Source of the DNA: Girardia tigrina
Lineage: Eukaryota
Direction: 5' to 3'
Assembly: GCA_001938485.1 (NCBI GenBank)
Contig: MQRK01173881.1
Location: 62,001-115,150, forward strand
DNA length: 53,150 bases
The position numbers and the translations under genes were made by a program. The notes under the pieces are model-generated. The model searched no databases and was not told the DNA's origin. It worked only from the letters and a program-made list of their open reading frames with translations. Position 1 is the stretch's first letter. Each line of letters starts with the position of its first letter. Below are positions 1 to 12,986 of the stretch, piece after piece.

Positions 1-761
1 AAATGTATATAAGTTAGATTGATAGATTAGACTCAAGCCTTATAATTTGGAACCCCTAGGGAAATTCCAGGGCGACATCGTACATCATGACCGTCAACAA
101 GCCCAAATGAAACAAAAATCATAATTTCAAGTTTGTCTCTATATATCACTCAGATACACAATTGATTACTAATAATACAAATATTTTAATGTTTCATTTA
201 TTAATTTTTTCCCTTTTATTTAATATTTATTAATCCATGATAATAAGAAAATGTACAAAATTATCAGTAGAAAATTAAGAAAAAATAAATAGACATTTGG
301 ATATGTATGAAAACCTTTAATGGATATTTTAAGAATCATTCTTCATAATTGTGAGGAATATTTTAAATTGTGTATGATGTGATGTGTCGATTTGAGTGTG
401 TTCACATTGTAGTTGTGATTCTCCCACCCAGTTGGGAAATTAGTGCTTTATTGTACCTGCGATCACTGATCATTTGAACAGAATTTATATTTTTAAAATT
501 AATGAAAATTAAATAATCTGACAAGATTTAAATTTAAAAAGTGATAATATAGGGTAATTTCTAATATAAGTAATATTTTTCAAAAATTAAAATAAGCATG
601 TTTAATGTTTTTATTAAAGAAGTTTATTTTTTTAGAATTTCAGATAATTTTAAAATTATTTTTTTATAATTTTACTAATTATTTAAAAATTAAAATAATA
701 ATAAATGGTGAAATTTTTGTTCGAATAATCATTATTAAAAATTCAGAAACTGCGCTAATTA

Positions 762-1973
762 TTGAGTTTTTCGGAAAGTAATTTCGTTTTTTCCGGACAG
801 TGGATTTAACTGTTTTTCGATCCCAACTTTACGCTTAAGCCACATAATCATTATATGTTTTGATAGGTGATATAGCAAGGCGTGTATGTGAAAAAGTTCA
901 ATTGAATTTAAGCAGTAGTTTTTGGTTGGTGCCCTTTTAAATATGGAGAGCAATAAGCAACATTTTCGTCATATTTTACTTTTTTACTGTTCAAGCCAGA
1001 AAGAAATTAACCGATATGTATGGAAAAGATGTGTTGACAATAAGCCAGTGACAGAACTGGTTTGCGTAATTTCGATCCGGCAATTTTTATGTCTAAGATG
1101 CACCACGTTCTGGAAGGCCCGTTGAAGCTGATAAAGGCAAGATAAAGGCATTAGTTGATGCGAACCAGAGATTAACAACAACTGTTTTTGACCACCTGAA
1201 TTGCCTGGCTTTAACCTCGAAGTTCGATATATCGGTTCCCCATGTCCTCGTGGAGAGAAATTTGTGTCGTCGCGTTGTGGTCTGTGATTCGCTCCTCACG
1301 AAAATTATCTATTTTTAAGCGCATCATTACTGGGGACGAAAAATGAGTTGTATATAACAATGTCAAACGCAAGAGATCATGGAACAGAAAAGATGAAGCG
1401 GTAGAAAACATTTCGAAAGCCAATATCCATAAAAAAGGTGAGGCTGTCTGTTTTGTGGGATTTTAAGAGTCGTTATTTTGAGCTTTTACCGAATAACATA
1501 TGAATAAATTCGGAAGTCTACTGTCATCAGCTGCACAAACTGAATGATGTACTTCAACAGAAAAAGCCAGAATTAATCAATAGAAAAGGTGTAGTGTTCC
1601 ACCAAGATAATGCGAGACTGCATACAAGTTTGGGCACTCGCTAAAAGCTTTTACAGCTTGAATAGGATACACTGCCACAGCTACCATATTCTCCACATCT
1701 GGCGCCTTTGGATTATTATTTTTTCCAGTCACTGCAAAATTTATTGGACGGTAAAACCTTTACCTCAAATGAAGATTTCAAAAATCACCTGGATCAGTTT
1801 TTTCTAGCAAAGACCAAACATTTTATAATCGTGGAATCATGCTAATACAAGAAAGATGGCAAAAAGTGTTGGATCAGAATGGTCAATATATAATTTAAAA
1901 AAATATTTATTCATTAACCGAAGACCGTCTTTCATTTACACAAAAAAACGAAATCACTTTCCGAACAACCCAA
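762..1973 (+). mobile_element. Degenerate full-length mariner transposon (mellifera-like subfamily)
   Basis: TA at 760-761 and 1974-1975. TIR ttgagtttttcggaaagtaatttcgttttt pairs with aaaaacgaaatcactttccgaacaacccaa. Frameshifted transposase from ATG 943 (MESNKQHFRHILLFY) with ITGDEK, HQDNARLHTS and PYSPHLAPLDY motifs. Confidence 0.92.
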
Positions 1974-3741
1974 TAAAACGATGATAAATGTTGAAAGAAC
2001 TTCTGAGAGTAGTGATGACTCTAATTGTAATAATAATAAATGCTTTTATAATAATTGTGTCGGTGCTCTTAACAATAATTAGAAGGTAATTTGATAATTT
2101 TATTTCAGAACATGTTTCATATGAATTGAACAGTTTATGAAATCGGTTAGTTGGAAAAACTTTATTGTAAATGAAATATCAAGTTCTCTACAAAATATCT
2201 GATGTCATACATTATGTGAATCAAATAAATAAATAAAATAAAATTTATGCCACTCGAACGAAACACAAATTCTAAGATTTATTGTTCCAACAATCATTGT
2301 GCAATAGTGCAAATCCCCAATTTAATCCAGGTGAAATGTGAAGAAATATTTCAATGACTTGTTTGCTCATGTGTAAAGTAAATGTGACAAAGTAAATTGG
2401 CAAAGATACTATGAAACAGATCACTTATTCTAATGACACAACATTAATATATCTCCGTATGTATATATTTGCATATAGAAGTGTAGGAAATCTAGAATGG
2501 TTAGTATCATCAAATTTGTGTGATTAAACCATGACAGCGATTCTCCTGGGATGGCAACATGTAGTGTTTGTTTAGAATCCGCAAATGTCTCTGGCACAAA
2601 GAATAAATGTCAAAAAGCGATCACAAAATCCATCTTTCATTACTTGAATTAAAAAAATCAAATTGGAAATGTTTCGTTAAATTACTTACATTATTGATAA
2701 AATATATATATTATATATCTATCAATTAAATTATAAAGATTGATTTTTGCTGGTAAAGAATTGAATATTTTTTTCTCTAATTTTAATATAATAATATTTT
2801 TTTTGAAATTATGACTTGAGAATAATGAAAAAAAAATAAAAATGCGGTTGAGTAAATATTTTGATTAAAAATATAAATGGATTAGTATAAAAAAGTTAAA
2901 GTAATGTCACAAATTGAATGTTGGTACTCTGCATCGTCACGGCTAGGATACAATGAGATGCTCACCGGATATGGGGCGACTGGCTTTCGTGAGAGCTGTG
3001 AGAATAGTGCACTGAAGTCAGTTTTGGGACGCGCTGTTTAATTAATATTCTACATTTATTGAGAATATAGTTTCGACATAATCATTGATCTCGATGAAGT
3101 CATTTAGAGGTCATTGAGAATACCAGAAGAGAACAAATAGGAATTATTTGTAGACTAAAAGGATCGATATTTTTATTAGGCTTTTAACATTGATAGTTTG
3201 CCTGTTAATCTTTTTGTACCATATTTTTATATATATTTTTTACTTAAATACTAACATTAGTAAAATAACATATATTACGTTGCTAATAACTTTAAGACTT
3301 GCATTGTATTACATTGGATTTTTATATCAGTATTTACAATGTATTTTGAGAAAAAAATATGATGTAGTTAGTTTCTAGTATAAAATTAGTGACACATTAT
3401 TATCCTAATACTGATATATTAAACTAACAGTCGTTCATGAACTTTAAGGGTTTTCGTGACATGAGGAATATTTGGAATGTTGATGTTTTGTGTGTTGTTA
3501 CAAAAAATTAAATTATGAGATCGCACAAAAAATTCGCAGAAATAAAAAATTGCATAAAAAAGGACCGCATAAAAACAGGTTTGAGTGTATTTGAATGTTG
3601 TGTTGATTTAGAATTGTGTCTTTACGAATCAGATTGATGATTAATATTTTAATTCTTATAATGTGAAACTAATTTATTCAAATTTAGATTTAATATTCAA
3701 ATTTTTAATTTATTATGATTGTAAATTTTAAATGATTTTAT

Positions 3742-4127
3742 TACAAGCTTTTATTACGTTTCATTTGTTTGTTTGTTTGTTTGTCTGTATGGATCAAATC
3801 TTGCGATCGAAATTTCACCCACTTCTCGTTCACCTAGCGACATGAAACTTTTAGGACTGATGTATTCTATGTGACAATACACTTTTTCACTGTCACTACT
3901 CATCTACCGCCTTTAGTTTGGCCGCAAAAAGTAATTAAAGTGTCGTTCTCATGATTTCTTCAGTAGTAGGCTTTGAAATTTGCTACATCTAAATGCAAAT
4001 AGAAAGTGGGTTTTCGCCTAGTAGGCTTTGATAATTCAGTCAAAAATGTGGGAAGTGGGTGAAATAGATACAGAACCGCAAATATATGACAAATTATAAA
4101 AGCTTGTACACCAAAAATTTTTTTGGT
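3742..4127 (+). mobile_element. Helentron-associated (HINE/DINE-1-like) non-autonomous element
   Basis: 13 bp subterminal inverted repeat tacaagcttttat (3742-3754) / ataaaagcttgta (4096-4108), (TTTG)n microsatellite after the 5' repeat, and 3' hairpin accaaaaa...ttttggt (4110-4127). This matches HINE architecture. Confidence 0.65.
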
Positions 4128-5081
4128 ATGATATTATTAATTTATTTTTTTAAATATGTAAATTATTAAATCTAATTAATATTTTTTAATCATTATTAGT
4201 AATTTTATTTTAACCAATAGTATTTGTAGTAAATAATTTAAATAGAATATATATATATATATATATGTGTTCAAGTTTGTTCAGATTTTAGGATAAGTAT
4301 CAACCAGTGAGTGATGAATATAAGCGAAATCACTATTACGGATAGTTACAAAGATGATCCAAATTGTGATTGTATTAAATGTTGCAACAAATATATAAAA
4401 AAATTTAAATAAACTAAAATATATTCGAACGATATCAACGAATTAACTCAAATAAAAGAAATATATCAAGTTATTGATCACAGATAACACGAACGAAAAG
4501 AAAATGAGAGTAATCGGGAAGATAGAACCAACCAATTAATATATTACTTTAGTCGATGGGTCTTAGGCGAAATATATACAGTGAGTGAGCTTCGGTATAG
4601 ATTTTGAATAATTTTAAATGTTTCTTCTTCTTTTGATAAGCTTTGATGGAATTATTGATAGATAGATAATTTAGCACTGAGGATATGGTTTTGGAAAATT
4701 GGTGAATAGAGAAAACTTGTTCTGCTGATTCGTAGTATTTTCCTTAAATTGCAAATTCCATTCCGAATCTCAATAGAGATATTGATTTTTAATCTTGATT
4801 ATTATATATTTTTTTTTAAATTTTATTTTTAATAAATTGGGTCTAATAAATCGTTAATTTATGCAATGCTTTGCATAAAAAATCAATTTTGCTTTGAATG
4901 CAAATGTATGAAAGTTTTGACAAAGATTGTCTTGAGGACAATCAAAATTGTTGTTTAAATAAAAATATAAAAAATCAAATTGGTGTTCTTAATAATAAAG
5001 TTTATTGCAAATGGATTTATAATAACCAAAAATATTTTCAAAAAGAGATGAAGTAATTAAAAAATCAAAATCTCTAAAGAT

Positions 5082-6280
5082 TCATAAAATCCAAACACCA
5101 CAATTTTTGTTTAATTGGCGCAATTGCATATATTGAAGACAATTAGGATTTAGAGACTCAAACATACTGAACCAAAGAAACACTTTTTCCAGACATTTTC
5201 TCACAATATCGTGACTAGAAGCAAAAGGAAAAAGTAGGCAAAGGAGATCAGCATATAAAGAAACCACATGTACGTTTGAATTATCAGAAGCTAATATATT
5301 CTTGATAATGTTAGTAGCTTTACTAAGTATTTCTTCAGAAAAAGTTGTAAAAAATTTTTTAATCTGGTCTTGGAATTTGTCATCGCTGTATGGATTGATG
5401 TCCAATTTAAGCCAGAATTCGATAACTGATAGCAAATTTTCGAGATTCCTTTGATTAGTGATCAGTAACAGTAACGTTGCTGTTTGATCTTCTGGTCGCC
5501 CCTTTCGCTCGAAAATCGTCTCGATGGTTTCAATGATTGCGGAATCGTATTTATCGACGATGAGCGATGGAATAAGAACTGTGAATATTCGATCAGTCAT
5601 TGAGAGCAACATGTCGTGTTTTATCTAGCCGCACAAGCTCTGAATGGTAATGATAGCTTCTAATGGTAGATTGATCAATACCGACTGGGGATCGACCGGA
5701 TTCGAAACTATTTCTAGACAAAAATCCATAATACACTCGAAATTGTCGATTATATACAATACAACTTCTTTTTTGCGCTTCTCAGGGGCCTGACTATCAC
5801 CAGGTAGTGTCTCGGAAAGACAATGGAGCATTGCCAAGATCACCGCTTGAGTTATTGTTCCGTCGCTTTTCAATCCGATTAAATCAACAATAAATGTGTT
5901 ATAATTCTGTGGACATTCATGTCGAATGAAATAAACCACAGATTGGCGATTATCCATCGCATAACTCTCTCGGAATCGTTATTTACCTTTATTGATTGAT
6001 ATTCCTGGATTATTTTCATCAAATAAGACTTTGTTTTATTTTTATCCGCTTCATTCCATTTATACAAAATATAATGTTCGAGACATTTCAAACCGAATAT
6101 TTTCGCTTGTTCATTTCCAACGGGGCTCAATAGTGTTTTGAAATCTTCCAATTTGTACAAATCATTTTGGAATGTATTTAAAATTTGAAAATGTTGACGT
6201 CTTTCGTCGTTCGGTAAATTCGGATCAGCTGTTTTCCATAAACTTTCAATTGCATTTTCAATCATGTTTAAATAATTCAC
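5082..6280 (-). pseudogene. Exportin-5-like (importin-beta N-terminal plus Xpo1 domain) pseudogene, intronless over about 1.2 kb
   Basis: Three ORF-track pieces join into one protein. FGLKCLEHYILYKWN resembles XPO5 FGLQILEHVVKFRWN, VVYFIRHECPQNY resembles VVEMIKREWPQHW, and ERKGRPEDQ resembles SRKGKLEDR. There is a 1-nt frameshift near 5943 and an in-frame TAG at 5625-5627; the next ORF resumes in the same frame after IKHD. Confidence 0.75.
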
Positions 6281-7643
6281 GAAAAATCAGATTTTTTAAC
6301 GAATATTTATTTGACTTCAAATTTATTTGTACACAAACAACTCTGATTATTTTTAATTTATTCAAACAAATTCCAAATTAATAATTTGATCGATAAAATT
6401 CACATAAATCAAACAAAATAATCAAAAAACACTGCTTTTTCACAAAATTAATCAATTCAACACCTGTACACAAATTCATTTTAATTAATACAAAAACATT
6501 TTTACCACCATTTTTTTCCATTTTTTCACGACGTAAAAAGAAATTGAAATTTATCACAAAACAGCAGTGTTAAACTAAAAAAATTAAATAAAATAATTAT
6601 CATATCGAATATCATAGTTAAATAATTCAATTAATAAGTAATTTATCGATTAATTACAAAATTAATAATTAATGGAAATGTTGGAAAATATTGTTAATTC
6701 AGAATACATAAAAATAAAAAAAAACTTTTGTAATTTTTCTGTTAATTCTATTGTGCAATGTTATGATAAAATGCATTATATAATTTATTTTTACTACAAA
6801 ATTATTTTTTAATGGATGGAAAAAAATTGATAGAGATTTGTTTATAATATTTTAAAATGTATTTTCCTAATAACTAATATATTTAAAAGACAATTATATA
6901 TAATTCTTCGGAAAATTGCCTGTTTTAAAGTAAAAGCATAATTAAAATTCGTGATTGAATGTTTGAGTTGATAAATTTGAGTTTCATTTAGGGATCCATT
7001 GGAGTGAGTTTTTATTATTTAGTTGGAAGCAATGTCGCAGTCAATTATTAATTGATATCCGATAGAAACCGAAGTCGGGTAGCTAAACTTCACAAAAAGA
7101 AAATAATAAATGCCTCAGTGATATTATTCGAAAATAAAAAATAATAATTTATAAAATTTGTACTCTATATTTTAATATTAGATGTTATTTTAAGAAATTT
7201 CCCTTTGTTCCTTTTTGAATCCTATTAAAGGATATTGTTAATTAGTCTTGAACCCTTCTATTAATTCAATTAATATTTCATCAAGATTTAGGACAACTAG
7301 TTACCTTTTTTTGTTATCATCAAAACATGTTGACAGTAGTTCTTTTTAAAACATAATACTATTTTTATGACTTTTTCGTTTTAAAATATTCTTTCTATTC
7401 CATAAATTCGGTGAATAGTTGTCATTTGACCTCAGTACAATTCATTCCGCAGGCAACTTAGCTCAGAAATCAACAAGTAATTCAACAAAATCTTCAAATA
7501 TTAACATAAATCTTTCAACAGATACTCATTGAATTTGATATTTATTTCATAATTATCTAGAAAATGTTTATTGATAAAGGTTAAAAAAATAGAATAATTT
7601 TAGTTAAATTATAGAATAATTTTTAATAAATTAACTTTTACTG

Positions 7644-7674
<31 letters not shown>

Positions 7675-7865
7675 ACTTTCACAAATGCAAATGAAAGTTG
7701 AAATATTTTCCACAAAACTTTGTTTCTTAAAAATAATCATGGAAGAATAATTAGAAAGAGGTTGAGGGATACTAAATATAATTCGATATCCAAATTTGAA
7801 TTCATAAGAAACTTTCGAGGAACAATTTTCTTTTGCACAAACCTTTTATACACAAAGATAATGTA

Positions 7866-8229
7866 GCGTATTATCGCGCAGATTAGTGGCAAGCACGCAT
7901 AAGTCGCACATGATTTTTTTTTATAAAATGCACTTTTTTGATAGATAAGCCGCAGCTTATATGCGCGATATAAATATATAGTTATTGAAAAGTATGCCTT
8001 TTTTGTAAACTTTTTTTCACTAATATAAAACTTCGTTTAAATTAGAAAATTGGATTTGAATGAAAGTATTAAAATTTTCTTTGTGTTAATTTATTATTAT
8101 TTTTTGTGTTAAACTGTCAATCAAGAAGAATTTTATGATATCGGTCGCATAAGTCGCAACTACTTTTGTTTCTTTTTAACTTTCATTTTTTTCTCAGATA
8201 GGTCGCGCCTTATCTGCGCGATAATATGG
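7866..8229. mobile_element. pogo/Tc2-type MITE
   Basis: TA flanks at 7864-7865 and 8230-8231. TIR gcgtattatcgcgcagat pairs with atctgcgcgataatatgg. Internal ataagtcgca subterminal repeats; no ORF. Confidence 0.75.
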
Positions 8230-10792
8230 TAATATAAATACGAATACTTAATTTATTATTTCTTTTTTTTGGAATTTACAAAATTAGTTTTTTCACATTT
8301 CTTAAATTAAAATTTTATCTTTTAAAGATTTTAATAATTTTTTTTCCTTTTAATTCATTTAAAACATTTTCATATCAAAAATATTTCAATTATCAAAGTT
8401 CTATTTTAATCACTAAGCAATTTTTTTAAATATCTTTAACTAAACTTTCCATTTTATATTCTTATAAAATTTGCATTTTATAATAATATTTAAATAATAA
8501 AATTCCCATTCTAGATTTTAATTTTAAATATTTTCAACCCTAAAATTTTATAATATTTTAATTTACAAAACATATTTTTTTACTCTAAAATATATTTCAC
8601 TATATTTTAATGCATGAAATATTTTTAAATATTTTAAAATTCCCTTAAATATTAAAATATCAAATTTTATGTGATCTCCCCAAAATCCTAACAAAAAGAA
8701 TTTGTGAAAATAAACAATAGAAATTTGAATATATAATGTAAGTGAATCAAGCAAAAGGGCGTAATTTATAATTGGAAAAACGGTAAATACTGTTAAAATT
8801 TTATAATTCAGGAAAAACTAAGAATGTAATTTGCACTCTTATTTTACGAGAGCATTTATTCATCAATGATGCTGCATTCCCGTTTATCTCATTAATTTTT
8901 GCGCCAGAAAATTATCAAAACAATCCAAATGTTTGACATCCCAACATTGTTACTATACAGAATATTATATTTAATTATAATTAAGTTTTTTTCAAAGTAT
9001 AGTTTATAAATCCCTAGGGTGTTTAAATAAGTTGTATAATAACAATATTTTTTTAATAACATTATGGTTGATCATTTAAATAAAAGTATTCAGAAAATAT
9101 TATTTATGTTTTTATAACATTATGACAATAGAGATACTAATGATTGTTGTCTTTTAATCAAAATATCTATATAGACTTTCATTCATCCTTTACAAAATCA
9201 TGAGTACTCAAATGAACAAAAATCTTTTAAAAATAATTGTGTCCAAAATATCTAAAAAATAATGACCCTTCAATAGATAGACATTTAAGATTTATATAAA
9301 CTCAGTTCATAACACTTCTAATGTTAGAAATGTGATTTGAATTTCCATAGAATGCCATGAAAAATCTACCACCGGACAGTGGTAACAGAGGGTCAGTGGC
9401 AGGTTCGATGCTCGGACGTTTTGTGCTTGACCCATTTGTTATTATCCAGACTGATCATCATTTATACTTTATCACATATATCGAATCAAAATAACTTAAA
9501 GTTCAAAACACAAAATATCGATAATATTATAAAAATTTATTAATTAAAAGATTTCCAGTCTTTTCACATCAAAATTCAGTTAGTAATGAAATTCGTCTTT
9601 TATAATCATAAATTTATCGATCAAAATAACAATAGCAGCAATAATTCGTCTTTAGATTAAATTTCGTAAAATAACAATGATAGTGAAACTCGTTTTTTTG
9701 ATTAATTTCGTAAAAAGATGTATTCATAAACTGTTATCAATCGAACAATTACAAAACTCTTATATCGGAAAAGTTTTTTTATGAAAATATATCAAAATTT
9801 TCTGATCACTCGCTCTGATTGGATGACCAATAAGAATCTAAAATTGGATAATAATAATAATCTAAATTAGATATTTTTCAATTTAATCTATTGTAATACG
9901 AACGGCAAAGTAGCAAGAATCAACAATATAAAGATCTTTAAATTGTTAATCATAAAACGATAAAGTTTCTGACATAATTAAATTGTCTTTGGATAGGATA
10001 TTGAAATATACATCAATAATAACGAAATATAAAAGATAATAATAAAAAAAAGATTATTAAAGATAATAATAATTCCGAACAAATTTTTTTACAAAAATTT
10101 AATCAAATAAGGTTTTTTCGGACATGACTATTTTCTGTGTCTTTTGAAAGATACTCCAAATTATTGTACTCACATTTTATGGGTTTTCTGCTAACAATTA
10201 TTATGATTACAAATAGTACCAAATGTGTTACAGTCAAATAGGCTAATTGATGAATATTATCGTTTTTAGATAAAATATTACAATTAAATGCAGAATTTTC
10301 AAAGACTTTCCTTTCACATTTTAGTTTAACGAAAGGCAATTTTAAATATGTTGCTTTCTTTCTCAATTTCTGGTTACTCAAAATGTGGAAATAGTTTCAC
10401 CCACTTCACTCTTGGAGGCCACAAATTCGAGGAATCAATGATGGCTTAAATAAAATTTAAAATAAATGTTTCAATAGTAAAATAAAATATTATTACTAAA
10501 GCTTTTCCATATTCAAGTCAGTAGGTGAATAAAAGGCGGAAAATATTTATTATGGAATAAATATTTTATTTTATTTTTATTTATAGTTGAATTTTAAAAA
10601 GTTCAATTTTAACCAATAAATTTATCTTTTGATTATTTAATTACAAATCGATTTCGTTATTTATAGTCTTTTTTTAGTTTTTTTTGATATTTTTTATTAT
10701 TGAATTATTTACTACTTAAAAATTGATTATTATCTTTTTTAGTCTTCTAATAATAATAGTAATAATATTAATATTAAATGTGTCAATTGTAG

Positions 10793-11124
10793 GAATCTCT
10801 AGAATAGAGACCGTGGATAAGGAGATATGTGACTTAATACGGTCGAGCAGAGAGCGTTGCGGCTGTCAGTGCGTAGCGGGCCAGTGTGTCCCAGAAACTT
10901 GTAGCTGTACTCAGAACGGTATCCAGTGTCAAGTGGATCGGGGCAATTTTCCTTGTGGCTGTGGTCCTACCCCGTGCAGCAATCCGCTGGGTAGGGTCGA
11001 ATTCAATCCTATCCGCGTCAGAACTCATTTTATTCACACAATAATGCGATTACAGATGCAAGATCAATATCAGTCAGATGAATCCACAGAAAATTATTCA
11101 AATCAGAAATTAAAAACTGTTGAG
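10793..11124 (+). CDS. CSRNP: Cysteine/serine-rich nuclear protein (CSRNP/AXUD1 family), internal exon encoding the conserved Cys-rich domain
   Basis: Translation IRSSRERCGCQC..CVPETCSCTQNGIQCQVDRGNFPCGC..PCSNPLGRVEFNPIRVRTHFIHTIMRL is the CSRNP signature. Acceptor ttgtag ends at 10792 (phase 1); donor gag|gtaaaa starts at 11125 (phase 0). Confidence 0.93.
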
Positions 11125-12310
11125 GTAAAAAAATATATACAAAATTAACTTTAAAATTAGAAATTAAGATTCATTTTAAATATATATTAATTTTGTCACA
11201 ATATTGTCAAAGATTTGCTTCTGTCAAGACTTTGTAATGGGCTTTTAAATGGGAATATTTCTAATTTAGTATTTATTTTTTTTATTTAAAATCGTTCCTA
11301 ATTGTATTGAAAAAAAAACAATTTATATCAATTTATTTTTGTGAATAAATTATTAATGTTAAGTACCCATTGAAGGATATCTCACCACTCATTTATATTT
11401 TACAACTGGACATTGCGCTGCTTCTAGCACGTACCAACCGTTTGATCCTTCCCTTTCCTATGGGACAAAACTCCATAAAAGTTAAATTATATTACAATTA
11501 AACTTATTTCGTTAATGATATTATTGTGTTAATTTTGTAATATTATGTTTACAATTATATTTTTTTCTAATTTTAAATATTTTATTTTTTTTACTTTTTT
11601 TCAGTTGAATGATTTACACGTTCCACAATTGGCATTTACTCTAATTTCTATTTATTATGCTAATTTCTGATAATATGTGTAAGAATATGTATCTAATAAA
11701 ACATATATGCATCTATTTATATTGGGAGAGTTTTCTAATATTTTTCATGTAATTCTTTTCGTCTAAAAAACCTGAATCAACGTTATTTTCTTTTGGTAAC
11801 TCGCGACCCTATGATTTATTTTGCAACCAAAGCTCAACTGGAAATATTATATCTTTTACCCGGAAGAATAATTGTAGGGTACTATTCCTTTAGATCGGAC
11901 TAATATTAATAATTTAGTTTTATAAATATATTTAATAAAGTGAGTCTCATAAAAAATATTTATAGATTAATTAATTAAAAGGTGCTTTTACTTAATGTCG
12001 TACTAAAAGAGTTGGGAAACGGAAGCTAATTTTGTTTGATTTACGATGAAGGGAAGGGAAAGTAGATTGAAAAGTTATGACGTCTGAAAATTCTGAACCA
12101 AACGCCCACAATTATTTAATTTTAATTTTTTCATTATTTTAATAAGTCTTATAATATATATCATTTGCACTAACTTTAAAAAAAACTAGTAAATCAAAAA
12201 TAAATTTTATATCCAATTTTTATGCTGGTAGAACTCTATTTGACTAAGAGAATTTTTTATCTTTTGTATAAGGGAAAATTACTATTATATTTATTAATAC
12301 TTTTTTTGCG

Positions 12311-12830
12311 TAATATAAACTACTTATATTTTATAAGTAGATCTTATTCAATTAATAGTATTCAGGAACTCCGATGATACCGTTTTAATACCAATTCTGA
12401 GACCTTAAAAAGTTTTTTTGATCAAATTTTCATATTATCATTTAGTCCGACTATCACCTTTTCTGCTCTATGGCACACTTTCTTCGTGGTCGCAGCTTCA
12501 ATAATCTGGCCGAGGTCGAAAACGGGTGTCACCAGTTCTTCACTTCTAAGAACAAGGATTGGTACCGCAGCCCATAGATGGGTTCAAGCTATAGATTCAA
12601 ATGGCCTTTACTTTGAAACTTAAATGTTTTTTATTTATTGTAAAATTATGTTTAAATTTTTAATAAAAAATACGAAAAGACTTTTGGTTCACCCTAATAT
12701 TATCATCGAAAATGAGTAAGTGTGCAAAGTTCGGAGAAAATTAATTGAGTAAAAGGCTTTTAAAAATAGGTTTCTAATTTAAAAGGATACACATATTTAT
12801 GTAGAAACTAAGCTAATATAAAGAGTGGAA
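12311..12830. repeat. Dispersed non-autonomous repeat (possibly Helentron/HINE-like), interrupted at about 12445-12699
   Basis: 12311-12444 plus 12700-12795 align co-linearly with 36517-36740 (aatataaactacttata...ataagtagat...aatgagtaa...caaagtt...aggtttctaa). Confidence 0.6.
12560..12697 (+). mobile_element. 3' fragment of a mariner element
   Basis: Encodes RWVQAIDSNGLYFE* followed by a TIR-like end cgaaaagacttttggttcaccctaa and TA at 12698-12699. Confidence 0.6.
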
Positions 12831-12852
12831 TAATGAAAGTTCTTGGTGTTAA

Positions 12853-12986
12853 CACGTTCCCTGTTCCAAAAAAAATAAAATTGAAATTGTATGTGTTGCC
12901 TGACACACATATGATTCAGGAACTTATTAGTGCTTTATAAACGCAAATTTCTTGTACCATATATGGTTCAACGGACAGGAAACGTG
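12853..12986. mobile_element. piggyBac-type MITE
   Basis: TTAA at 12849-12852 and 12987-12990. TIR cacgttccctgttcc pairs with ggacaggaaacgtg. Confidence 0.7.

Noticed and set aside
5625-5627. TAG at a likely Trp position as evidence of stop-codon recoding
   Set aside because: A single TGG>TAG transition plus an independent frameshift and downstream decay is better explained by pseudogenisation.
10723-10792. Hydrophobic N-terminus (MIIIFFSLLIIIVIILIL) of the 141 aa ORF, resembling a signal or TM segment
   Set aside because: It is intronic AT-rich sequence upstream of the splice acceptor at 10792; CSRNP is nuclear.
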